A DNA stretch of 63,991 nt, the filler included, from Dimargaris cristalligena (taxonomy: Eukaryota), in NCBI GenBank assembly GCA_003614675.1. It is 8 parts of 8 records of this genome, joined end to end, with 100 filler letters (N's around TTAATTAATTAA, not from the genome) between each part and the next. Parts side by side here need not be neighbours in the genome. Positions count along the whole stretch, not along the records: positions 48,488 to 56,442 come from ML003371.1; positions 56,543 to 63,991 come from ML003415.1; 6 more parts are not named here. One strand, given 5' to 3'. Under the pieces are notes generated by a model that made no database searches, was not told where the DNA came from, and saw only the letters and a list, made by a program, of their open reading frames with translations. Both the position numbers and the translations under genes were made by a program. Below are positions 51,285-62,100 of the stretch, piece by piece (positions within the stretch are counted from its first letter, which is position 1; every line of letters begins with the position of its first letter).

Positions 51285-52634
51285 TGTCAGCCTTCTAATC
51301 TGACTTAATCTTGACATAATGATCATCCCCCCTTATTAGGCCTTATAGCACCATATTAACCTTCCTATAGTCACCTCCAGTACTATGGGATTATCCTATA
51401 TTACATAACCATCCTCTTTCTGGACTCTGGGTTTGCACTAATCACCCCCAGGCTAATCTAATGACTCTTCCAGTTCCAAGCAGAGTCTTCCATGTCCTGA
51501 CACCTGTCTGGTCAGCTACCTCTCCTTATCCATGGTCTTTGTAGTATCTTCCTCCATGGATTTCCTTTTGATAGTCACCCCCCCTGTATATATATAACTA
51601 CCCCTCCTTGGGACCAGTTAGATTCCTCAGCTTATTCTGATCCCCCAGTTTACCTCAATAAACTCTATATATACTCACCCCCTTGTACTGACCAGTAAGT
51701 ATGCCCATTGCACATCCCTTGCATATACCTACACTTATCCTTTATTAGTTAGTACTGCACCCCCATCCTAATGCTAGTAGCCTGCTTAGCCAAGTCTAAA
51801 CCTCACCTACCATTAGAAGCCTATCCCCAAGACTCTTGGCAGACTAAGAGTAGTTAACTCAGGTAATAAACTACAATTTTCAAAGGTATATAAATCTAAA
51901 TAATCCAAAGTAATAGTAAAGGTAGTTTTATTGTAAAGAAAAAAGAGAGGGGAAAAAGTTTCCCTTATATATAAAAATGCACACTAATGTATGTACTAAT
52001 CATTTGCATGAGTGTATCAATTGACTGCATGCATAGCCCAATCATCTGTGTCGCCTGGGTTAACCACTCTTAGTCTGTCAAGAGTCCCAAGGATAGGCTT
52101 CTAATGGTAGGTAGGGCTTAGACTCAGCCAAGTGGGCTGCTAGTGTTAGGATAGGGGTGTAGTACTAACTAATAAAGGCTTTAAGTGATTGGTTATATAA
52201 GGGACATGCAGCAGGCACACTTACTAGTTAGTATGAGGGAGTGAGTATATATAGGGTTTATTGGGGTAAACTAGGGGGTAATAATAAGCTGAGGAATTGA
52301 GCCAGTCCCAGTGGGGCCCAGTTATATATATATGGGGACAACTCCAGTGGGAGGTCCTAAGGGGAATACTACTAAGATTAGGTATAGGTAGATAAGGAGT
52401 CTGACTGGATGGCTTCATATCTGGAAGACTCTCATGGGAACTGGAAGAGTTATTTAAATCAGCTGGTTGGAGTATTTTGTGTGAAGCACTGGGGCTGGAA
52501 GGAGAAGGGTTATATAATAGATGATGATCCCATAGTACTGGGGGTGACTATGGGAGGGTTAATATGGTACTATAAGGCCCAATAAGGATGGACAATCATT
52601 ATGTCCAGATTAAGTCGGATTAGGAGGGCCGACA
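51285..52634. mobile_element. Long inverted repeat: ~580-bp arms (51285-51863 and 52055-52634) around a ~190-bp spacer, TGT...ACA outer ends
   Basis: TGTCAGCCTTCTAATCTGACTTAATC vs reverse complement TGTCGGCCCTCCTAATCCGACTTAATC; both arms end GACTCTTGRCAGACTAAGAGTRGTTAAC; each arm carries TATATATAAC and AATAAA. Confidence 0.85.
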
Positions 52635-53484
52635 GTTGAATTGGTGAAAATGATATGTGATATATGTTAGAAATGCATCTCCCTTTGAGTGCCATTTACT
52701 ATATCAGACTATTAGAGTGATCCTATTAGTCCAAATTATCTCTAATAAATACTATCACAATGAGCTTAATTCTCATCTTGTGGTTCTTTCCTACTTTTAT
52801 CTATTTTTGACAAAAGCTTTATTATCAATCTCAGATTATCATCTACAAGAGAACTCACAGTTATTTTAACAATATATAACTGGTGATTGTATTGTAATAG
52901 GAAGTTAGTAAGATTATAGTCATCTGAGGGCTTCTATTAGAGTGGACCAGTGGATCATTTTTTATTCTAGAATAATGTATGGTCCCAATAGTGCCTCTAT
53001 GGGAATTAACCATGGGTGGTAGGTATTTAGCCCATCAGGCTAGTGTTCTAAGAGGAGGTCATGGTTGCAGTGCCCTTAAGGGGCCAAGTAGGGCTTCTTA
53101 GCAATATGCCAAGTGTTAGTGTGATATGGTTACACTTGGCCGGCACTCTTTTGGTATTGTCTAGGGGTTTGGTATCCATGGGAAGAGTGGGTGCTGGTGG
53201 TTTTCTAGTTAAACCCCGGTTTCATGGGATGTCTGGTTATTACCAGGCAACCCTTGGTGGTTCAGTACCAACAAGCTCTAGGATAGTGGTTGATCAACTG
53301 ATGGAGAAAAGGTGTGTTATAGAGTACGCCAGGGTATGGGCCGGTGAGAAAGAACTGTAACAAGCAGTGTATATCCCAGGGTTCTTACGGCCACCACAGC
53401 TGGGCCAAAAATAAAGATGAGTGGATGGGGGTTGTCTCCGATGACTTGGTCATGATACATTAATGAAGCCATGGGCAGGGGGAT

Positions 53485-55780
53485 GGGGGTGGGACGAAGA
53501 GAATCCCAGTGACGCAGTTGTAACATTTATTTACGTGACTTGAATATATACTTGAGCTAGATTGATATCATAATAGGAAAGAGGGAACAAACATAGAAAC
53601 ACATAGTTAGAAATTGGCTTACATAGTAATCAGTAAGTCCAAAATGATTTCTTGGAATATCATTTGGAAGTCATTCATTAATAATTCAGCATAATGAAAG
53701 TCGGGCATTATACTTGCATTGAATGGAGGCGCCACAGTTATATTGCTGCACTCATTGTTAAGACTGATAGTGGAATAGGGGGAACCGGCCTTTTTTAAAT
53801 TACTTCCAATAATTATATATCAATGAAGGAGTATAAATACAATTACCGGCCCAACTAGATTTCACAGTATAAATAAAATAAATACAATACTTACCTTATC
53901 GAATGCCCACTTGATGGGCTTGACAATTGGTGCTCTCGGGTCGGCAGTTGGATAATCCCTACTAGGCCGATTCTTTTTAGTAATAAGTTGGTTTAAAAAT
54001 GGCATACTGTTATGAGATGGCAGTTTAGTATTTTTTATCGATATATTTAGGAGGAGGAAATACCACAGTTTATATACCTGGTGAAAACACACCACCCGGC
54101 CTAGGGATGAGGGTGCTTAAGGTCAACAGCATAACAAAAACCAGCGAAAAATTTCCACTGCAGAAACTATAGTGGGCAATTCATATGGGAAAATCAATCC
54201 ATGGACCATTACCACCGACCTGGGCCATAAGGAAGCCAGACATTAGGATCCCAAACGGCCATTCTTGTCCATAGTCCTGCTTCCAACGCCAAATCTCCCT
54301 TACCAACAAAGGGAATACAGCTGTAATATCAAAAGATGTAGTTTATTTTTGCACACTAAATAACAATAGTCTAGTCAATTCATGATTAGGCCTGACAATG
54401 GCCTCACCCTTCTAGCTAGGCCCAAATATGAAGGGCACAGGACTAGTATGATTACTGGCGCTGATGTCCTGGGCCTGTTTATTCCAAAGAGATGAGTATT
54501 TCATAAATGAGGGCACCCTCCCCCGTGTGTAGATGCACCCCGTTATCCTGATAGGTACCACACCCATGCCCAGAGCGGTCAAGAGTACCACTGACATTGT
54601 CCTAATAACTTAGATTCATGTAAAACAAGGCACACCATACTATCCCCCCTCCCCCCTTCCAAACTTTGTTTCTTTCATTTATGAATATTTTCTTGTTGGC
54701 CGCATTCCTCCTATTCTCCCCCCCCTTCATCAAGATAAAATGACCATGTATAAAGTTATTGTTGTTGTTCCTTCGAGATATAACCACAGACAGCCCTATT
54801 CAGCAGGATTTAATGCCATTGCCGGAGTTTGGACTGTTTTGGAATTTCAAAAGCTGCCTTCTGCCATTAATGATTCATGTTGCTATGCAATATGAATATT
54901 ACTGCATATTGCCATTTGCCCATTTATAGGTGGACATGTCATACGAGGGAATTTCAGCCTGACTCGACGGTTCTTGGCCCCATGCTTTCAATATCCCCAA
55001 AATTATGCATTGGATTCCCTTGGCACGGGACATTGTGTAATGCCGTCCAAAACATAATAGCAGGTACATCTAATGAATTGGGCGACATACCGTAATCTCG
55101 GGAATATCATCGCTTAAGCACATGCTATATGTGACGTTTTACGTCCCTTGTCTTATGCACATTATGTTATTGACATGTCCCTCTGTATCCCTTTAATCAT
55201 CACTCGGCAGTTCGAGTCATTACTGCCTTACATTCTTCCAGGGTGCCTGGATTTACCACAACACGCCATAATTGTGTCTCATTCCCAAACAACCACACCA
55301 ATCCTTTATAAAGAACGTCCTCGGTGGACATTGAAAAATAACATCAATCATCATTCCCAACAACCCACACTATCACTGTTTTAGTTTCTCTACTTGTTTC
55401 CTTATTTTTATCTACCACTTTCTTATACCTCGAATAAACCTTCGTCTTAACACCAACATTGGTACTGAACGAAGTGAGGATTTCTCTTAACTCTTATATT
55501 GTTACACCATAGTTGACTCTTTAATTAATTATTTTAATATATAGCCGTTCTACTGATTCAGTTAATTTGACTACATCACGAAGTTCTTTCTGTTTGAAGA
55601 TAACTAAGATTCACTGTGACCGGGCTATGGGGTTGCTAATATAATTACTATTCCCTATTTATGGAATCGCCAGCCTAAGACTATTGGTTACATTATTAAG
55701 CCAATCAGTGCATATTTGTATTATTACTTCGGTTTTTGCTTCAAGGCCTGCCAGGCTTTACAGTAGTATATAGATTTTAT
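53485..55780 (+). repeat. Degenerate direct repeat, copy 2 (contains a solo LTR)
   Basis: Colinear with 49350-51280 once 55130-55506 is removed. Confidence 0.9.
55130..55506 (+). mobile_element. Solo LTR (377 bp)
   Basis: TGTGAC...GTTACA ends; 5-bp flanks CTATA/CCATA; the paralogous empty site near 51013 has a single CCATA; internal TATAAA (~55306) and AATAAA (~55433). Confidence 0.85.
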
Positions 55781-56133
55781 TACTCTGATAAACCTGCATA
55801 TTTAATGCCGAAACCCAGGGGGACAGGGAGAATCAGCATGGCCTTGTCAGATGGGGAAAAGGCAGACTCCGATAGTAGGCTAGCCCAAAAGTCTATTGGA
55901 CTTTTGGAGTTGGAGGTTGGTGAGAAGATATTTTGGGTGAGAATGTTTCTGCCAGAGATACGGTCCAGTAATGGAATAAACTAAATAGTGCATTTAGGGA
56001 GTAATATTTTTTTTTATAAAAGGGGAATTCGAATAAACCCTGTAAAGCCGAATCAGTGGTTGGTTTTGGCTTCCACCCCACTGACTTCATCACTGAAATA
56101 TAAACCAATGATTACTTTAAAGGATATACATTC

Positions 56134-56442
56134 TGTCGCCCCTCCTAATCTGACCTAATCCATCTGCTAAATGATTGCTATCCTAACAGGCCATATAGTG
56201 CCATATTGTACCCCTGGTCCTAATGGGCCAGACATCATACATATCCTCTCCTAGGCCAGACCCTCCCAGAGTTCGCACTACTTACTCCTAGGTGATCTTA
56301 GTGTCTTCCAGTTCCCATGGAAGCCTCCGCTCCTATGAGGACCACCCGGCCCTCCCTATTGTTATCTTAGTTATATAGTTTCCCCTTGGGACCTCCCTTG
56401 GAGTAGTCCCCTGCATATATATAACCGGGCCCCCCATAGGGA
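56134..56442 (+). mobile_element. Further copy of the TGT-terminated repeat family, truncated at contig end
   Basis: Starts TGTCGCCCCTCCTAATCTGACCTAATC; contains GGGACCTCCC..GAGTAGTCCCC..ATATATAAC. Confidence 0.75.
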
Positions 56443-56542
56443 NNNNNNNNNNNNNNNNNNNNNNNNNNNNNNNNNNNNNNNNNNNNTTAATTAATTAANN
56501 NNNNNNNNNNNNNNNNNNNNNNNNNNNNNNNNNNNNNNNNNN
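56443..56542. other. Artificial contig spacer
   Basis: 100-nt N block with TTAATTAATTAA. Confidence 0.99.
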
Positions 56543-56544
56543 GC

Positions 56545-57840
56545 TGGGAAATGGAGAAGGAGCTGGCCGAGCGATTTGTGTCCTTAGGGGTGTTCCGCAG
56601 TGCGCTCGAAATCTACGAGCGCCTGGAAACCTGGGACGAAGTAATTTCCTGCTACCAGATGTTAGAGAAGAAAGACATCGCTGAACGCATGGTTCGGGAA
56701 CAGCTGGTACTCCACCCCGAGTCGCCGAAACTGCTATGTATTCTCGGTGACCTCAAGACTGACCCGAGCTACTGGGAGCAGGCTTGGACGGTATCCCACG
56801 AGCGCTATGCCCGGGCCATGCGGTCGCTGGGCGGCTACCACTACCGCCAGGGTCACTACGCGGAGAGTGTCACTTGCTATGACCGGGCCCTCAAACTGAA
56901 CCCCCTGTTCGAGAACAGCTGGTTCATGCTGGGCTGCGCGGCTATTCAGGCCGAGGAATGGGCTACGGCGGTCCGGGCCTTTTTGCGAGTGATTACCCTG
57001 GACGACGACAATGGCGAAGCCTGGAGCAACTTGGCTTCGTGCTACATGAAGCTAGACCAGAAGCAGGACGCCTTCGCTGCCTACCGCCAGGCGGTGCGCA
57101 AATGCCACGAAAGCTGGCGGATTTGGACCAACTACCTGTACATGGCCCTGGAACTGGGCTACTACAGCGAAGCCATCACCGCCCTGGGCCGCGTGGTCAC
57201 TTTGGGTTTCGCCAAGCACGGCGAGCAGTGCCTCGATCTGGATGCTCTGCAATCGATTATCCGCGCGGCCATCCGGGGCGTTACCGATGCCCATGGGGCC
57301 TCGGTGGCCATCCAGGCCAACATGATCGACCGACTCCTGGTGGATACTATCATGACCCGGGTTTCCAACATCCCCCGCGTCTGGCGTTTGGCCGCTGAAT
57401 TCTGGACGTGGAGAGGTCGGTATGCCCAGGCGTTGGACGCTCACCTCAAGGCATACCGCTGCCTCGTGACCAACCCCGCCTTCGACACCTCGATGGACGT
57501 CTTCCGGGATGTGGTCAATGAGGCCCTCGATTTGGTGAACGCCTACCGATTCCTCGGCCCTAAACCGATGGTCGAAACCACGCCCACCAACACTGGAACG
57601 AGTCAGCCTAGCAGCAATACTACAGCCGACTCGGAGGGATCGTCCGATGCCGTGGTGGCCAAAGACTGGAATTATCAGGCCCGACTGATCCTGCGTAGTC
57701 TAATTACCCGAACCAAGCGAATTATCGAGAACCGCGAGATGGTGGGTACTTCGTCGGGGGATGATCCAGAGCTGGAGGAATGCCGCCAACTGCAAGAAAA
57801 GTTATCGGAATGCCTGGCTGAATTGAAGCAAAAGAAGTGA
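56545..57840 (+). CDS. TTC27: TPR-repeat protein TTC27/Emw1, 3' part; 5' truncated at contig start
   Basis: WEMEKELAERFVSLGVFRSALEIYERLETW, LLCILGDL, YARAMRSLG, LNPLFENSWFMLGC, EAWSNLAS and SWRIWTNY are characteristic of TTC27/Emw1. Confidence 0.88.
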   Translation, partial: WEMEKELAERFVSLGVFRSALEIYERLETWDEVISCYQMLEKKDIAERMVREQLVLHPESPKLLCILGDLKTDPSYWEQAWTVSHERYARAMRSLGGYHYRQGHYAESVTCYDRALKLNPLFENSWFMLGCAAIQAEEWATAVRAFLRVITLDDDNGEAWSNLASCYMKLDQKQDAFAAYRQAVRKCHESWRIWTNYLYMALELGYYSEAITALGRVVTLGFAKHGEQCLDLDALQSIIRAAIRGVTDAHGASVAIQANMIDRLLVDTIMTRVSNIPRVWRLAAEFWTWRGRYAQALDAHLKAYRCLVTNPAFDTSMDVFRDVVNEALDLVNAYRFLGPKPMVETTPTNTGTSQPSSNTTADSEGSSDAVVAKDWNYQARLILRSLITRTKRIIENREMVGTSSGDDPELEECRQLQEKLSECLAELKQKK

Positions 57841-59173
57841 TGCTAAGACCACTTATATTTCAAAGTAATGTAGTATTCGTTGGGAATAGTATTGAATAAT
57901 AAACCCGGTTTTGAATTTATATATCTCCAGTATTGTCGAAGGAGGGAAGATGTCCACAGACTGGATAATTAGATGGTTATCACCAATAAAGAATGGCGCA
58001 ATTGAAAAGTGGCCAATGGTAAGTTAAATGAGCATGTGTAAAGGGGAAATGCCTGGCATTCGGATTCCGTTGGTTAAGATTCGGCCTGAGGTGCGGTTGT
58101 TAATATTCTTTACGAAAACACTTGGATCAGATAACGGGGAACACTCCGCCGTGAGGTAGAAATGTAAATAGTAGGCTAGCCGCAAGGGCCCAATCACATC
58201 CTAGATGTTCTATGCAATGGCCGTATATGTATGGCCCTGTTCTTACGGGGAATACACCGATGGTGCATGGGAGTGGATACGGACTGCGCTGCTCCATGCA
58301 ATGATGTTGGTTGAAATTCGTCAGCCTGGCCTGGGTTTCTTTTGGCGGGAGAACTAGGACATGGGCTGACCAAGTTCTGCCACCACTACTGGAAGCGGGG
58401 CAGTCTAGGAGAATAACCAAGCCGGGTGCATCAACTGCGGATACAACGCATTGGCCAGTGGGGCTGTCACCCCAATAATGGCCGATGACTGGTCAGATTG
58501 TAGCTCAGGGTTGTTGGGTGGATCGAGCGCGGGCCGATAGTTCAAAGGAGCCTCTACTGGCTGTGGCACCTTGGCTGCGGGCTTCTGAATCGAGTCACTC
58601 CTATCGGTATTGACAAAGTCCTCGGCACAGCAGAGTGGCTCTCTATTCTGGTTAAAAGGAGTTGTCCATTAAAGGCAACATTGTGTAGAGGAAAAGGTCT
58701 CACCCATCCTTTTCAGTGCATGGAAAGGGGCGGTGAGGGGGGAAAGCACACGACAGGGCGGTAGGGGCTGCATAGCATAGACTTAAGCCGCCGCCCTAAC
58801 CGCTGCCCTCTCCCATCTTACTCGCATTCCCTTCCGTTATTCTAATATTGCTGTCGATTGCTATATTCAGCGACCCTCTCCTTTACCCACATCCCTCGGC
58901 ACCGTTACATGGCCTGACCCTCAGCGACAGTACTCCGCCCCGCCGTTTTGGATAGTGCTTCTGGGCTACTGCTCTGGACCTTTAAAATGTTGCACAGGAC
59001 GAGCCACCCTTAACTTTACCCTGCTCTGTTAACTTTGCTATTCGACCTAGTTATATAACGGGTCTATTCGGACTGTATTCCAGCGCCCCCCCCTATATTT
59101 ATATATCCCCTATCCCGGACCCTGCCCCCCCCACCACAGCTAACAACTATCCACACCCTCCGACCTACCCACC

Positions 59174-62100
59174 ATGGCAACGTCGAAACCCCTTTCGTCC
59201 GAGACCAGCCCGGCCAACCTGGCGGGGCTTGTCCAGGCCGCCCAGGCCGGTGCCCAAGCCCTTATGCAGTATTTGCTCAAGACTCCCTCCTCCCAGTACG
59301 ACCGCAAGGATTTCCAAAAGAAAATGGTTGCGTTACCCTGGAACCTACTCACCCGAACCCTGGACTACCTTCTGCTACAGCTGGCCCATGAAGAGGCCAA
59401 GCGAGAGGCCTCGGGGTCCTCCCCGTCCACCACCACACCCCGTACTTCGTCGTCGGCGTCATCGTCAGCGACTCTGCGTGATCAAATCGGCAGTGAGCGG
59501 TGGACGAAACGGCGGGCTCACTTCCATGCCACTTTCTTTGTTCTCCTGCGCGCCTGCGCCTACAAGGCGGAGCGTTCCCAATCCCACCCCTCCAAAGGAA
59601 CACTCCCGGCCGCATTTCACTATTTCTTATCTGTCGAACGTTTGGAGCGACTGATTCGGGTGCTTTTGGCGGAAATCCCCAATGGCCCTTCCACCTTGGT
59701 TTTTGCCGCCCTGGAAACGCTGTGTTTTCTTTGCGAACACGCAGGTCCCATTCCCCAGCCGGCACCCACGTCTTCACCGGCCACCGCAACGCCCAACGGA
59801 AAATTACGGACCGCCGCACAGTCGAATCGCTCCAAATCTCCCCGGCCTTACGCCGCTTTCGCCCAGGACATCCTTTTTTCACAGATCGAGGCCCAAAATG
59901 TGTATACTTACCTATTGACACTGGCCCAGAAAGGCGACTATCCATTGCGCAATTTGGTGCTCCGCATCGCACAGGCTACTTGGGAACGCTTTCATCGGTT
60001 CCTGTGGAACTCGGCCCAGCTTTCCCTCTTGATCAAGATTATGACCGCGGAACCACCCGGAGGGGGCACGCCGGACTGGTTACATGAATTAAGCGAGCGC
60101 CCGAGTCTTAAATTCCGGGCCGCCTGCGCCCAGTTGCTCTACCGGCTGTTCCGCATGGAGCCCACCACTGTGAACCTAATCCCAGTTGGTTCCACCACCG
60201 CCCTGGTCAAACTCTGGCGGACACTGGCTCTCCTGGTGTTACAGGTCCTCCCTACCCCTCCCTCAGACGCCGTCGGGGCCCTACTTCCTCTGGTCAAACG
60301 GATGTTTTACCTATTGACTGAGATTGTCGTAATTCTCAACCAACAATTATCCATCAACTGTGATATTTTTGCCAAAGCCCTCTGCCCTGCCCCCTGTACC
60401 CAGGTCACCTACCATTTGGGCCGTATACTGGTCGAGTCGATTCAGACGGGCTCGGCGGGGGACCGTAGCCATCTCCTGTGGCTCTGGTGGCTGCTGCGGG
60501 CCCTATTCCACATCATGAATACGGCGGGGGCCAACGGCATCAGCTTCCCTGACACCGACCGTTTAACGACCCTCACTATCCAATTACTGCGGATTTTGGT
60601 CGCCCATCGGTTTGAGCCCCCGTCGACCCCATCAAGCAACCCGACGGCCCAGCTCTATGTCCCACCTGAAGGGGGGGTCACTCCTCCGCCGGCTGCAGCC
60701 CAGGATCCGGGAATATGGAACTGGACCCTGGGCACCGGCTGCCCCGAGCAACTCCGATTGTGCCTGGAAGACTATCGCCAGGCTGCTGCCCACGGACAGT
60801 GGCTGGCCGACCCGATCGGAGGGCCTCAGTTGGCACTTGGCGACCCAGCGGCCCCACGGACACCCATTTTACCCTCCCAAAACCTAGCCCTGGATGCCAT
60901 GGGGGTCACTCTTCACACGGCCGTCCCCCTAATCTATGAAATGGTCAAGTTTTTCAGTCGGGCTTACCAGGCCTCGGCTGGCCCTCATGCTCCCCATGGC
61001 GTCCTGGTGGTACTGTGTTCTCTGTTTATCCAGGTACATCACATTATTCGCGATGTGCCCCCCGCCGAGGCCTCCGCCCGCACATTGGCCGAAGTGACCA
61101 AATTACGCATTTCCCTCCTTCGACTCTTCTACAATTGCTTCCGCAGTAGTGGGGGTCAGCGCCTGGATGTTTTGCCTGCCGAGGCACATATTCTCTCAGA
61201 GGTGACCCAAACTCTGCTCGAGTATGTATTTGAGGCCCCCCCACCGCCACCGGTAGTGTCGCCAGAGCCAACTGCCCACCCTATTGTCCGTCGGACCCCG
61301 AATGACTCCCAACAACAGGATCCCGCGGCGTACCTGCGACACGAAGCACTCCGGGTTCTGGTGGTGATGGCTCGCCACCCGTACTGCCGGGTTCACTTGG
61401 CGGCCGCCCCTTCTGCCCTCGCCTTTTTGCAGTACAATTTAACCATCTGGGTGATGATGGACTTCCGGGGACCAAAATCCAGACCCCACGATCGAACCCT
61501 TCAACAGGCCGAGTTACTCCTTCAGTACATTTACTACACCCTCCAGGATCCCATTTACCGGGTCAAAATCCGAACTGATCACAGGCTCGCGGTATTCTTT
61601 ATTTTGTCCTACGCTTCAGCCGTCCGTTACACGGAGCAGCCCACCACCCACGCGGAACGCGCCGTTTTGCGCGTAATCCTAGTCGATTTGTTCAAATGCT
61701 ACGAATCATTTTACCGGGATACTGGTCTACTTGATACTCTATTCCGGTGCCCTCGCTCCGCCTTGGTTGCTAAACCACCGACTGAAACAGCGGCGACTTC
61801 CTTCTGGCAGTTGGGTTCTACGCCGTTAACCGATGTGAGCCGCTGCCTACTTACCCCTAACCATCTCTCATTCTTGACCTGCCTGATCCATGTTTTATCG
61901 AATTGGTCCACCACCAGTACTGGCCAATCGGGCCCAACGAGTTCAGGTAGCCCCTCCCTCCCCCAAGATGTGGAATATGCTGCCCCGGGAGGCCGGGATG
62001 CGAGCTGCAGTGGGGATGCTTCTACGCAACATATTCCCACAAGTAAAGCAACCGAGCAGTGGAAAATATCCACTTCAGCACTATCCTTCCGCGATATGGT

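Noticed and set aside
54480..55060. Minus-strand frame vaguely resembling a LINE ORF2 C-terminal zinc-binding region
   Set aside because: Many stops are shared by both duplicate copies and there is no complete CCHC pattern
58405..58665. ~87-codon open stretch on the minus strand
   Set aside because: No clear start or splice context and no recognisable motif
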